DNA of 64,000 nucleotides from a virus: positions 1 through 64,000 of IMG/VR virus record IMGVR_UViG_3300046171_000193; one strand, written 5' to 3'. Of the stretch, positions 1-7,649 are shown piece after piece (within the stretch, counting starts at the first letter, position 1; each line of letters begins with the position of its first letter). The notes below the pieces were generated by a model, which was not told where the DNA came from, searched no databases, and saw only the letters and a list, made by a program, of their open reading frames with translations. Position numbers and translations under genes: made by a program.

Positions 1-4
1 TCAG

Positions 5-385
5 ATGATTTTATTTAATTTTGTGTTTGATGGAGATAATCCTGTTTTAATGTCAGGATGCCAGAAGATTACAAAGGATGTCGTGAGAGTGTTTTCTCGA
101 TACTATCATTTTAAAGATTATAGAACTGATGGTTCTAATATGTTTGAGAAGGTAGACGATTTTATGGAATTGCAATATAGTTTAGATTTTTTATCTGGCT
201 ATGCTGGCGTAATATGGACGAGAGATAAATCACCAGGATTTTTTAAAAAGTTAAAAAATGCAAGGGCAGATATATTTAATGATTGGAAAGTTTATCCAGA
301 TAAAGTAAAAATATTATATCCAGATAATTACCAATACGTATTTTATACTGGAGATATTTCTTCACTAACACATCCTACAATATGA
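5..385 (+). CDS. hypothetical protein (probably 5'-truncated by the window edge)
   Basis: Open frame to a stop at 385; no recognisable motif. Confidence 0.5.
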   Translation: MILFNFVFDGDNPVLMSGCQKITKDVVRVFSRYYHFKDYRTDGSNMFEKVDDFMELQYSLDFLSGYAGVIWTRDKSPGFFKKLKNARADIFNDWKVYPDKVKILYPDNYQYVFYTGDISSLTHPTI

Positions 386-795
386 AGTCTGTCTTCAAAT
401 GATGCATTAACAAACGTGTGTATCTTTCGAGTATCAATTAAATAGTGATTGCCGTCCGCAGGAAGTCTAATCACTTCATCATCGACTACAAAGAAACAAT
501 TCTCATTTGTAATAAGAGGAATATGCATTCTTGGCGTAGGATCTTTGTGATAGCTATAACAATACTTTGGTGGCATATTCATCAACCTGCTTCTGTACAT
601 TTTTAAATCTGACAAAACAGAATTAGTGTATGGTAAATCATATGCAAAGATATTAAAGTCTTCTTCTTTGTAATCTAACTTCGATAATTGACCTTCTCCT
701 CCAGTACCTTGATCTGTTATTTGCAAAGATAATTGTTCTTTATATTTCGGTAAAGACTTTATCTCATCTAAAATTAAATCTATGTTCACGGACAT
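343..795 (-). CDS. 2OG-Fe(II) oxygenase, Asp/Asn beta-hydroxylase-like
   Basis: HxD (YHKD), RMHIPL, distal H (IHTF) and R (DRLH); start moved to MSVNID. Confidence 0.8.
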   Translation of the reverse strand: MSVNIDLILDEIKSLPKYKEQLSLQITDQGTGGEGQLSKLDYKEEDFNIFAYDLPYTNSVLSDLKMYRSRLMNMPPKYCYSYHKDPTPRMHIPLITNENCFFVVDDEVIRLPADGNHYLIDTRKIHTFVNASFEDRLHIVGCVSEEISPV

Positions 796-1214
796 ACTGT
801 TATATCTTTCACTCTGTGAGGTTGTTGTAAAATCCAATCAATTACTTCACAACAGTATTCTATACTCATTTTTTTATCTTTTACTAATTCTACTCTTGGA
901 CTATCAAAATATCCAAATCGTACAATTGTAGTTGCAACTCCTTGATAAAATAATTGTTCGTTAGCTTTGTCGAGAGCAGCTTTTTGCACTTGATATATGT
1001 GTGGTTCGTATTTGCTTTGATCAGGTGAATTAGATCCTATGTTTATAATTCTTTTATCCATAGCTGCAGCTTTATATAGAAGATCTACTTGATTGAATCC
1101 ATCGTGCTTACAGTTAATAAACACATCGCAATGATCTAGTGAACCGATATTGCCGTATTTCCAAGCAAGCGCTTTACCCAGACCTCGCCTGGTTCCTGTT
1201 ATATAGTAATTCAT
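786..1214 (-). CDS. short-chain dehydrogenase/reductase (compact)
   Basis: ITGTRRGLG Rossmann motif, IINIGS, YxxxK (YQVQK). Confidence 0.8.
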   Translation of the reverse strand: MNYYITGTRRGLGKALAWKYGNIGSLDHCDVFINCKHDGFNQVDLLYKAAAMDKRIINIGSNSPDQSKYEPHIYQVQKAALDKANEQLFYQGVATTIVRFGYFDSPRVELVKDKKMSIEYCCEVIDWILQQPHRVKDITVCP

Positions 1215-1776
1215 AACCCCATTTCTTTTCCATGCATTGCCAGCATTTTCCACACTCTTTCTCTGTAGATGCAATACAACTCATTGTATCTGACAAATCT
1301 ATTTTTTCCTGTCGAGCTAGATCGATTATATGATACTTATATAGATGTAGAAAAGGAAGTCTTAGTTTATATTTTTCATGGTCTATATACCATGGCCTTT
1401 TTGGTCTATCTGGCGTATCAAATTCAGGAAAGTATGCTAAAGGTGGAGTATGATTTGTTCCAGCATATATCTCGTCATAGTCGTATTCTTCAATTATTTG
1501 ATAGATAGAATGCTCTATTCTTGTAGCAGAATCTGTTGTCAGCTCGTTAACTATATTTACTTTTTTACCGGTTAGTCGTTCTACTCTTTTATAGTTATCA
1601 AAGCCGTCTTGTCTATTAACATTAAAAACATCTACATCAGATACTAGATTTAATAAATTAAACAATACGAAACTATCTATGCCTCCACTCATAATAATAG
1701 CACAACGACCTTTAGGATTTATTTCTACAACCCTTTGATCCCATTTTGGACCGCATATGTACGTCATTGTTTTCAT
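1174..1776 (-). CDS. QueC-like PP-loop ATPase
   Basis: SGGIDS PP-loop; C-terminal SC-x6-CGKCWQC Zn motif. Confidence 0.75.
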   Translation of the reverse strand: MKTMTYICGPKWDQRVVEINPKGRCAIIMSGGIDSFVLFNLLNLVSDVDVFNVNRQDGFDNYKRVERLTGKKVNIVNELTTDSATRIEHSIYQIIEEYDYDEIYAGTNHTPPLAYFPEFDTPDRPKRPWYIDHEKYKLRLPFLHLYKYHIIDLARQEKIDLSDTMSCIASTEKECGKCWQCMEKKWGYELLYNRNQARSG

Positions 1777-1810
1777 TGTAAACTATTTTTCAAAAAACCG
1801 CATTTTTTTA

Positions 1811-1839
1811 TGTACATTATCTTTTAAACAGTGTATAGT
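1811..1839 (+). promoter_or_regulatory. early-type promoter TGTACA-N17-TATAGT
   Basis: Member of the 15-copy motif; followed by GAGGAG RBS. Confidence 0.8.
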
Positions 1840-1864
1840 GTATATATCAAATGAGGAGAATACT

Positions 1865-2074
1865 ATGTTACTACCAAATGGCGCAATGATCAAAAACGAC
1901 GTAATCGAGTCGTTTAATAAAGCTTGTGGCAATTCAGAGAACTGGAACGCTAATGGTTCAATGAACTGGAACTTTGTTGATGCGGATATGAATCTTGATC
2001 TAGGAGCATTCTACTCATCTGATTATCTTTATGAATGCTTTAAAGTTTTGGGTGAAAATGAGCAGTGGGTATGA
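1865..2074 (+). CDS. hypothetical early protein
   Basis: GAGGAG RBS and upstream promoter. Confidence 0.75.
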   Translation: MLLPNGAMIKNDVIESFNKACGNSENWNANGSMNWNFVDADMNLDLGAFYSSDYLYECFKVLGENEQWV

Positions 2075-2151
2075 TAAGCAAAGATGATATAGAAGCTATG
2101 GCCGAAACTAAAGAACAGAAAAAGTTTTGGGATATAGATAGTAATGGCGAA

Positions 2152-2318
2152 GACGGCCAGCCTAGCAATTTCGCTAAAGAGCCGTCAAAAAAGCCTAACC
2201 GCGGTAATCCTACGTAGGGCGGTTTAGGTCGGTATAAGCACTGGTACCGTAAACCCAGTCGGTTGCTGCACACGTGAAGTGCAGATAGAAGGGGAGGCAC
2301 TGCAGAAAGCCTCCCCTT
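2152..2318 (+). ncRNA. putative structured RNA (five consecutive hairpins) upstream of tRNA-Arg
   Basis: GC-rich island with stems GACGGC/GCCGTC, GCCTAACCGC/GCGGTTTAGGT, ACTGG/CCAGT, CTGCAC/GTGCAG, AAGGGGAGGC/GCCTCCCCTT. Confidence 0.55.
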
Positions 2319-2325
2319 TGAATTA

Positions 2326-2402
2326 GGTTCCTTAGCTCAGCTGGATAGAGCAACTGCCTTCTAAGCAGTAGGTCATAGGTTCGAATCCTATAGGGACCGC
2401 CA
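2326..2402 (+). tRNA. tRNA-Arg (anticodon UCU)
   Basis: Acceptor GGTTCCT/AGGGACC, D-arm AGCTCAGCTGGATAGAGC, anticodon loop CTTCTAA, GGTTCGAATCC, encoded CCA. Confidence 0.97.
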
Positions 2403-2425
2403 GATATTATAATGATAGGTGACGC

Positions 2426-2722
2426 ATGAGTGAAGCAATCAAAAGAAAAATCGTACAATTAGGAATTGAACAGGAAAGACGTAACAGGATACGGCTCTCA
2501 GTAGCAGCATATGCTTATGAGTACAAGGACGATCCTATTATGTCTGATGGAGATTTTGATGAGCTGTCAAAGCAGATTGATATTACAGTCAAGACTGGCA
2601 ATCGTAAGATCGACAATTTCTTTAAGAAGCATTTTGCACCTGAGACAGGGATGTGGATCCGTAAGCATCCAGAAAAAAATAAGTTAGACTACATCTATAC
2701 GAACTATTACTCTCAGTCGTAA
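2426..2722 (+). CDS. stand-alone protein resembling the NAD-dependent DNA ligase N-terminal (Ia) domain
   Basis: YAYEYKDDPIMSDGDFDEL resembles the LigA YYxxDxPxxSDxEYD motif. Confidence 0.6.
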   Translation: MSEAIKRKIVQLGIEQERRNRIRLSVAAYAYEYKDDPIMSDGDFDELSKQIDITVKTGNRKIDNFFKKHFAPETGMWIRKHPEKNKLDYIYTNYYSQS

Positions 2723-2961
2723 CCTAGCCTTGCTACTTTAGACATCTCTTCGTTGAGTATTTCTGCTTCTCTTGCTTTGTAAGCTTGCTCAAATCCAATT
2801 TCGTATTCGTCTAAACACTGCGATTCGTTATTCCATAATCTTTTAAAATAACTTTCATAGTAGCCTTCAACGATATCATCTGGTTCACTTCTAGGAATGA
2901 GATGGCCTTTAACTAACCAGACCATTCGATTGGCTTCTTTACGTTTCCATGGACTGCACAT
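2713..2961 (-). CDS. hypothetical protein
   Basis: GTG start with AAGGGG RBS. Confidence 0.65.
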   Translation of the reverse strand: MCSPWKRKEANRMVWLVKGHLIPRSEPDDIVEGYYESYFKRLWNNESQCLDEYEIGFEQAYKAREAEILNEEMSKVARLGYD

Positions 2962-3047
2962 TTTGTCACACCCCTTATTTGATGTAGGTACTTATAAAAT
3001 GTTAGTGCTAACAAAATAAAAAAAATTAAAAAAAGTGAAATTAACTG

Positions 3048-3076
3048 TGTACATCTGATAAGTAATGTGCTATAAT
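3048..3076 (+). promoter_or_regulatory. early-type promoter TGTACA-N17-TATAAT
   Basis: Motif with extended -10 TG and an upstream A-tract. Confidence 0.85.
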
Positions 3077-3107
3077 AGTCTTATCAAATGAATGAAAGGA
3101 ATCATTA

Positions 3108-3269
3108 ATGTTATATATTAAAGACATCATGGCGCTACTAAACTGCGATATAGAAAAAGCAAATAAAGTATTCGATAATATGGTACTTGATTTTTCACAA
3201 GCAAGTACAATGCAATTTAATAATGAAGTATTAATGGTTAACGAATTAATGGAACAAGGAGTTATATAA
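3108..3269 (+). CDS. small hypothetical protein (53 aa, MLYIKDIMALLNC...)
   Basis: AAGGA RBS; stop overlaps next start (TAATG); not in the ORF track. Confidence 0.65.
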   Translation: MLYIKDIMALLNCDIEKANKVFDNMVLDFSQASTMQFNNEVLMVNELMEQGVI

Positions 3270-4220
3270 TGTCACATGAAGTAGAAACAATGGCTTACGC
3301 AGGTGAGCTTCCATGGCACGGTCTTGGAACAGAAGTTAGCAATGAATTAACACCATTGCAAATGATGCAAAAAGCTGGAGTCGACTGGGAAGTCGAACAG
3401 CAAAAAATCGTTACCGAATCTGGTCTCGAAATCAATGACAAGGTTGCTCTTGTCAGAACCTCAGACAATACTTTGCTTGACGTAACTGGCAAAGATTGGA
3501 AGCCAGTACAGAACGAAGAAGCATTTACTTTCTTCTCAGAGTTTGTTGCTGCTGGTGATATGGAAATGCATACAGCAGGATCTTTGAAAGAAGGTCGTAA
3601 TGTGTGGGCTTTGGCAAAAGTCAAAGAGTCTTTTGATGTGTTCGGTGAAGATCGTGTTGACTCATATCTGCTCTTCTCAAATCCACATCAGTATGGAAAA
3701 GCAGTAGACGTACGGTTTACTCCAATTCGTGTTGTATGTAATAACACATTGACTTTCTCTTTACAGTCTGCTTCAAAGAATTCTGTCAAAGTTGGTCACC
3801 GTACAGCATTCGATGCTGATACTGTAAAAGAAACTCTTGGTCTTGCTTCTGAAAAGTTTGCTAAGTACAAAGAGATGGCTCAGTTCTTAGGCTCTCGTAA
3901 AGTTACCGCAGAGGCTCTTATCCAATATTACAACGATGTGTTTCCAACTACATCTCGTAAAGAAGAGAAAACTCCGGTTGTAGGTTTATGACGACATGTC
4001 AAAAGCTGCGAAGATGTGTTACGATGCTCTTGAGGTTCAGCCAGGTGCACAGTTTGCCGCAGGTACATGGTGGCAAGCATTCAACAGTGTAACTTACTAC
4101 ACTGATCACTTACAAGGACGAAACTCTGAGAATCGTCTTCACAATCAGTGGTTTGGTTACAATCAAGCCAAAAAAGTAACTGCGGCGGAGAAAGCAGTGG
4201 CATACGCCACTGCTGCCTAA
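3269..4220 (+). pseudogene. DUF932-family phage protein split by a +1 frameshift near 3985
   Basis: MAYAGELPWHG, TAGSL, TPIRVVCNNTL and GTWWQAFNSVT lie in two frames; removing one T from GGTTTATGAC restores ...VVGYDDMSK... Confidence 0.75.
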
Positions 4221-4223
4221 ATC

Positions 4224-4697
4224 ATGTCGAACCAAAAACTTTGGAAGAAGGTAAAGAAAATGGATCTAGGAAATCCCGTAATTACCGCTCTCGTTGGACT
4301 GGTAATTTTTTATATTGGCCTCAAAACTTTCTCAGGAGGTATGAAGTCGATGGGTAATATGGACCACCTACAATTCTTTTTAGGTAATCCAATATACATG
4401 TTTATCGGCGGAATAGTCATGACTCTCTTATGGCAATCGTCATCACTATCAACCACTGCGATCATTGCATTAGTTGCTTCAGGAGCGTTACCGCTGCCAG
4501 CTGCAGTTGCTGCAGTTCTCGGAGCTAACATTGGAACGACTGGAACCATATGGCTTGCAGGATTCTTTGTATCTGATGGTTGGCCAAAAGGTGATACCTT
4601 ACGAATAGCTATGGCACACACTGGAATGAATCTGACAATGGCATTAATGTTACTGCCTTTTGTTGGACATATAGCAAAGTTTCTCGGTAAGTTCTAG
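4224..4697 (+). CDS. half-size Na+/phosphate cotransporter family protein
   Basis: Signatures LWQSSS and GANIGTT; several TM helices; alternative start at 4260. Confidence 0.85.
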   Translation: MSNQKLWKKVKKMDLGNPVITALVGLVIFYIGLKTFSGGMKSMGNMDHLQFFLGNPIYMFIGGIVMTLLWQSSSLSTTAIIALVASGALPLPAAVAAVLGANIGTTGTIWLAGFFVSDGWPKGDTLRIAMAHTGMNLTMALMLLPFVGHIAKFLGKF

Positions 4698-4722
4698 TAA
4701 CATAAATGTAACACTCTAAATT

Positions 4723-4747
4723 AATGCGGCTTCGGTCGCATTTTTTT
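4723..4747 (+). terminator. intrinsic terminator with cUUCGg loop
   Basis: AATGCGGC-TTCG-GTCGCATT followed by a T-run. Confidence 0.85.
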
Positions 4748-4748
4748 A

Positions 4749-4777
4749 TGTACTTCTTCTTGAAAGTATGGTACAAA
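4749..4777 (+). promoter_or_regulatory. early-type promoter TGTACT-N17-TACAAA
   Basis: Motif variant; followed by AAGGAGA RBS. Confidence 0.7.
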
Positions 4778-4805
4778 GGTTATATCAGTCAAAAAGGAGA
4801 AATAT

Positions 4806-5021
4806 ATGACTTATACACTTATTAACCACACTAACTACAACCAACCACTATCTTTTAATACTATTCCTCAAATCATTAAACATATCAAATCACTTAAACT
4901 TCCATCTACTACCGATTTTCTAATCTTCCCTCCTCATAACCCTCAAACATCTATCTTTTTCAATCTAACACTTTCACAACTAATCGACTTATACAATAAC
5001 CATCCAAACGAATTATTATAA
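4806..5021 (+). CDS. hypothetical 71-aa protein encoded by an almost G-free mRNA
   Basis: Own promoter and strong RBS; only 4 G in 216 nt. Confidence 0.7.
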   Translation: MTYTLINHTNYNQPLSFNTIPQIIKHIKSLKLPSTTDFLIFPPHNPQTSIFFNLTLSQLIDLYNNHPNELL

Positions 5022-5044
5022 TATAATTCTAACACATTTTTTTA

Positions 5045-5073
5045 TGTACAAACCCTTTAAAATGTGTTAGAAT
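5045..5073 (+). promoter_or_regulatory. early-type promoter TGTACA-N17-TAGAAT
   Basis: Motif match. Confidence 0.8.
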
Positions 5074-5096
5074 TGTATTATGAAAAGGAGAATAGC

Positions 5097-5282
5097 ATGA
5101 TTATAGTTAGAGATATACAAGACGCAATGACAATGAAAAAGAAATTGTCTAGTCTAGCTCGCAGAGCTCATAATTACAACAAGACTCGTACTTCGATTGT
5201 CATCGAATTGTATGAGCTTTGTGAAGAACTGGAAAAGAATATTGAACGCGAAGAGCGTAACATAGAAGCGGAGGTAATATAA
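5097..5282 (+). CDS. hypothetical protein
   Basis: AAGGAG RBS before ATG 5097. Confidence 0.7.
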   Translation: MIIVRDIQDAMTMKKKLSSLARRAHNYNKTRTSIVIELYELCEELEKNIEREERNIEAEVI

Positions 5283-5530
5283 TGTACACGACCCGGACAT
5301 CCGATTCGTATATAGCAACTTTTAGTGATCGTCAAGATCCTCAGATTGCAGACCTTAGATCTTTTGTATCTAAATGTAACCGAATGTTGAAAGAAGATGG
5401 TAAGTACCAACGGTACTATATCAAACTTCAAGCACGTGGTCATAGGCGAGGCGTTCGCCGGTACAATCAGTCACTACCTCTTAAGTATGCTGACAGAGTC
5501 GATGCATACATTTATGAGAGACGTGACTAA
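5282..5530 (+). CDS. hypothetical basic protein
   Basis: GGAGGT RBS; TAATG coupling. Confidence 0.7.
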   Translation: MYTTRTSDSYIATFSDRQDPQIADLRSFVSKCNRMLKEDGKYQRYYIKLQARGHRRGVRRYNQSLPLKYADRVDAYIYERRD

Positions 5531-5565
5531 ACGCCGTTTTTTCTCCCCACCCATCTTGGGCTCCT

Positions 5566-5592
5566 AGGACGGCTTTATGCCGTCCTTTTTTT
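5566..5592 (+). terminator. intrinsic terminator
   Basis: AGGACGGC-TTTAT-GCCGTCCT followed by a T-run. Confidence 0.85.
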
Positions 5593-5593
5593 A

Positions 5594-5601
5594 TATAAAT
5601 A
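5594..5601 (+). promoter_or_regulatory. T4-type late promoter TATAAATA
   Basis: Exact gp55 consensus in an intergenic position. Confidence 0.75.
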
Positions 5602-5625
5602 GAGATAAGTTTCTATGAGGTAAAT

Positions 5626-7005
5626 ATGGCTACGTTTAAAGATATGAGTAGGCGCGAATGGGAAAAAACCGTAAGCGGAAGCTCTGTTTCAAGAAGAGAT
5701 GTATTTGTAGATGCAATAAAAGCTGGAGATCCTGTCAGTGATATAGATGGTAACGATGTTATTATTGCAAACACAAAAGATAATATTGATGCATTAGATT
5801 TCTATTTACAATCAGAACCTGGAAAAAGAGGTAAAGACTTCTTTATTTTAAGTAAAAAAGACGGTGGAGTAATACAGTCTAATAAAATTGGTAAATCGCC
5901 TTTGTTTGGTGGTGCTGGAACTGGAGGAGGCGCAACAGGAAAGACTGCTCAGGCAGAATCATTGCAATGCATTTATATAGCTGCTATGCTAGGAGAAGGA
6001 AGTAGAAATGAGTTTTCTCATTTTACTTATGAAACATTAAAAGGTTATTCAACAAATGTTTCAGTAGACGTATCCTTTGACGATTATATGTCTCTTGATG
6101 GCGATTGGCATATGTCATCTTATCTTATTGCTAAAGCATTAATCAAAGCAAAATATGTAACTAGTCGTCATACTATTCACCGCGGTGATGCCTTAATGGA
6201 ATCTATTTACAAAGAAAAAGATAGAGTCAGAAAATTAGAAGGTAAACCACGTCTAGATAATGATAAATGGAATCCAGGTGATATATGGGCAGTTAAGTCT
6301 GGAACAAATCCGAAGATAATTTTTTCGAAAGCAAAAACTTTAGAAGAACTTAATGTCTTAATTAAAAAACATTTTATCGATAGATCTATTGTTGGTATTT
6401 CTCTCAAAAAGGTTGCAGCAAATAAACGAGTAAAAATCTCTGAATATAATATAGAAGTCAAAGAACAAGATAAACATACGTTTACAGGTATAACTCTTGA
6501 TACTGCAGGAAAAGGAGTATTCTCATCTAAATATGGATTCTTTATTTTTGATAGAACTAAGAAGGCTGAAGTTAGATCACCTAATGTTTTCTCTGCTTTA
6601 AATATGGAATTAAAAGGAGTTAGAGCAAAAGGCGGTAGAACCGGATATGGACAATTAATATATTCTGCAGGTGTCCATTTAAAAAAGGTTTTACCACCAA
6701 ACACAGATCTTGTGACTAAAGCAAAAATATTAGGAGGAGCTAAACCTCCTAATATGATGGTAAATGATTTTTTTAATCTTATTAAAAAGATACATCCGAA
6801 TACGGAGCGAGTAGAATTTGAGTCTCAAATGAAATCAAAAAACGCAGGATTCATTCACGCTCTTTACGCTGCAGCTCATGTTGGTGCAGCACTAATGGCA
6901 GCTACTAAAACACAAAGAGATAATTTTACATCAGAAATAGTAAGTGTTATGGCAGCAAAAACAGCAGAATCTTCTGCTTATGTAAAAGCAGAAGAAAAAG
7001 GATAA
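5626..7005 (+). CDS. putative PD-(D/E)XK nuclease-fold protein
   Basis: AESLQ...KWNPGDIW...GISLKK pattern. Confidence 0.55.
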   Translation: MATFKDMSRREWEKTVSGSSVSRRDVFVDAIKAGDPVSDIDGNDVIIANTKDNIDALDFYLQSEPGKRGKDFFILSKKDGGVIQSNKIGKSPLFGGAGTGGGATGKTAQAESLQCIYIAAMLGEGSRNEFSHFTYETLKGYSTNVSVDVSFDDYMSLDGDWHMSSYLIAKALIKAKYVTSRHTIHRGDALMESIYKEKDRVRKLEGKPRLDNDKWNPGDIWAVKSGTNPKIIFSKAKTLEELNVLIKKHFIDRSIVGISLKKVAANKRVKISEYNIEVKEQDKHTFTGITLDTAGKGVFSSKYGFFIFDRTKKAEVRSPNVFSALNMELKGVRAKGGRTGYGQLIYSAGVHLKKVLPPNTDLVTKAKILGGAKPPNMMVNDFFNLIKKIHPNTERVEFESQMKSKNAGFIHALYAAAHVGAALMAATKTQRDNFTSEIVSVMAAKTAESSAYVKAEEKG

Positions 7006-7022
7006 AGATAAAGGATAATATA

Positions 7023-7610
7023 ATGCAGTGGATAAGTGAACATGATCCTATCGAGGAACACGATTTAAATATAGACGTCGATCTTCTATATATGGACTAT
7101 ATCAGATTTATAAAACAAAACGAACACGTAACAGACGACGCTCGCAACATTGATTTTAATGCAGTATGCGTCAATAGAATACCTGGTGATCCTAACTCGG
7201 TCACTGGTGGAAATGTCAGAGGTAAGTATTGGACTTATCCAACTGACGAAGATAAAGAAGAAGAACGTCTGCCATACGTAGATGAAGCCGCATACACCGA
7301 AATTTGTCCAGAATTTGAGGACACATATACTGAAGAGGTATTTAGTTTATTAAGTTTAAAGTGGAATATTGGTAGACTCAGGTTCTTGATGAAACCCCCC
7401 AGATCGTGCCTGTCTTGGCACAGAGATCCAGAGCGGAGAATCCATATTCCACTTTACACCAACAAAGGTTGTAGAATGATTATTGAAGATCGTGCATATT
7501 ATATGCGTGCAGATGGTACAGTTTACATTACGGACAATACTGTATATCATAACTTCTTTAATGGCGGTGAGGAAAATAGAGTGCATTTAGTTGCAACAAA
7601 ACTAGAATAA
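7023..7610 (+). CDS. 2OG-Fe(II) oxygenase, Asp/Asn beta-hydroxylase-like
   Basis: WHRD, RIHIPL, YHNF, NRVHL. Confidence 0.8.
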   Translation: MQWISEHDPIEEHDLNIDVDLLYMDYIRFIKQNEHVTDDARNIDFNAVCVNRIPGDPNSVTGGNVRGKYWTYPTDEDKEEERLPYVDEAAYTEICPEFEDTYTEEVFSLLSLKWNIGRLRFLMKPPRSCLSWHRDPERRIHIPLYTNKGCRMIIEDRAYYMRADGTVYITDNTVYHNFFNGGEENRVHLVATKLE

Positions 7611-7614
7611 ACTG

Positions 7615-7643
7615 TGTACATTCGATTAGAAATGTGATATAAG
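7615..7643 (+). promoter_or_regulatory. early-type promoter TGTACA-N17-TATAAG (leaderless ATG 6 nt downstream)
   Basis: Motif match; no SD before 7650. Confidence 0.75.
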
Positions 7644-7649
7644 GGTTAT

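Noticed and set aside
1174-1776. Firm call of 7-deazaguanine DNA modification
   Set aside because: Only a divergent QueC-like gene is visible; dpdA, folE, queD and queE are not in the window
2152-2318. tmRNA, RNase P, SRP or hammerhead/theta ribozyme identity for the structured RNA
   Set aside because: No tag reading frame or tRNA-like ends, no GAGGAAAGUCC, no SRP loop, no CUGAUGA/GAAA core; theta ribozymes lie 3' of tRNAs, not 5'
2040-2458. Minus-strand ORFs 2040-2300 and 2210-2458
   Set aside because: Antisense to the tRNA and the structured RNA; no RBS or protein-like features
5531-5565. C-rich anti-SD-like stretch (TTCTCCCC, CTCCT) before a terminator as an sRNA
   Set aside because: Too short, with no independent promoter or other support
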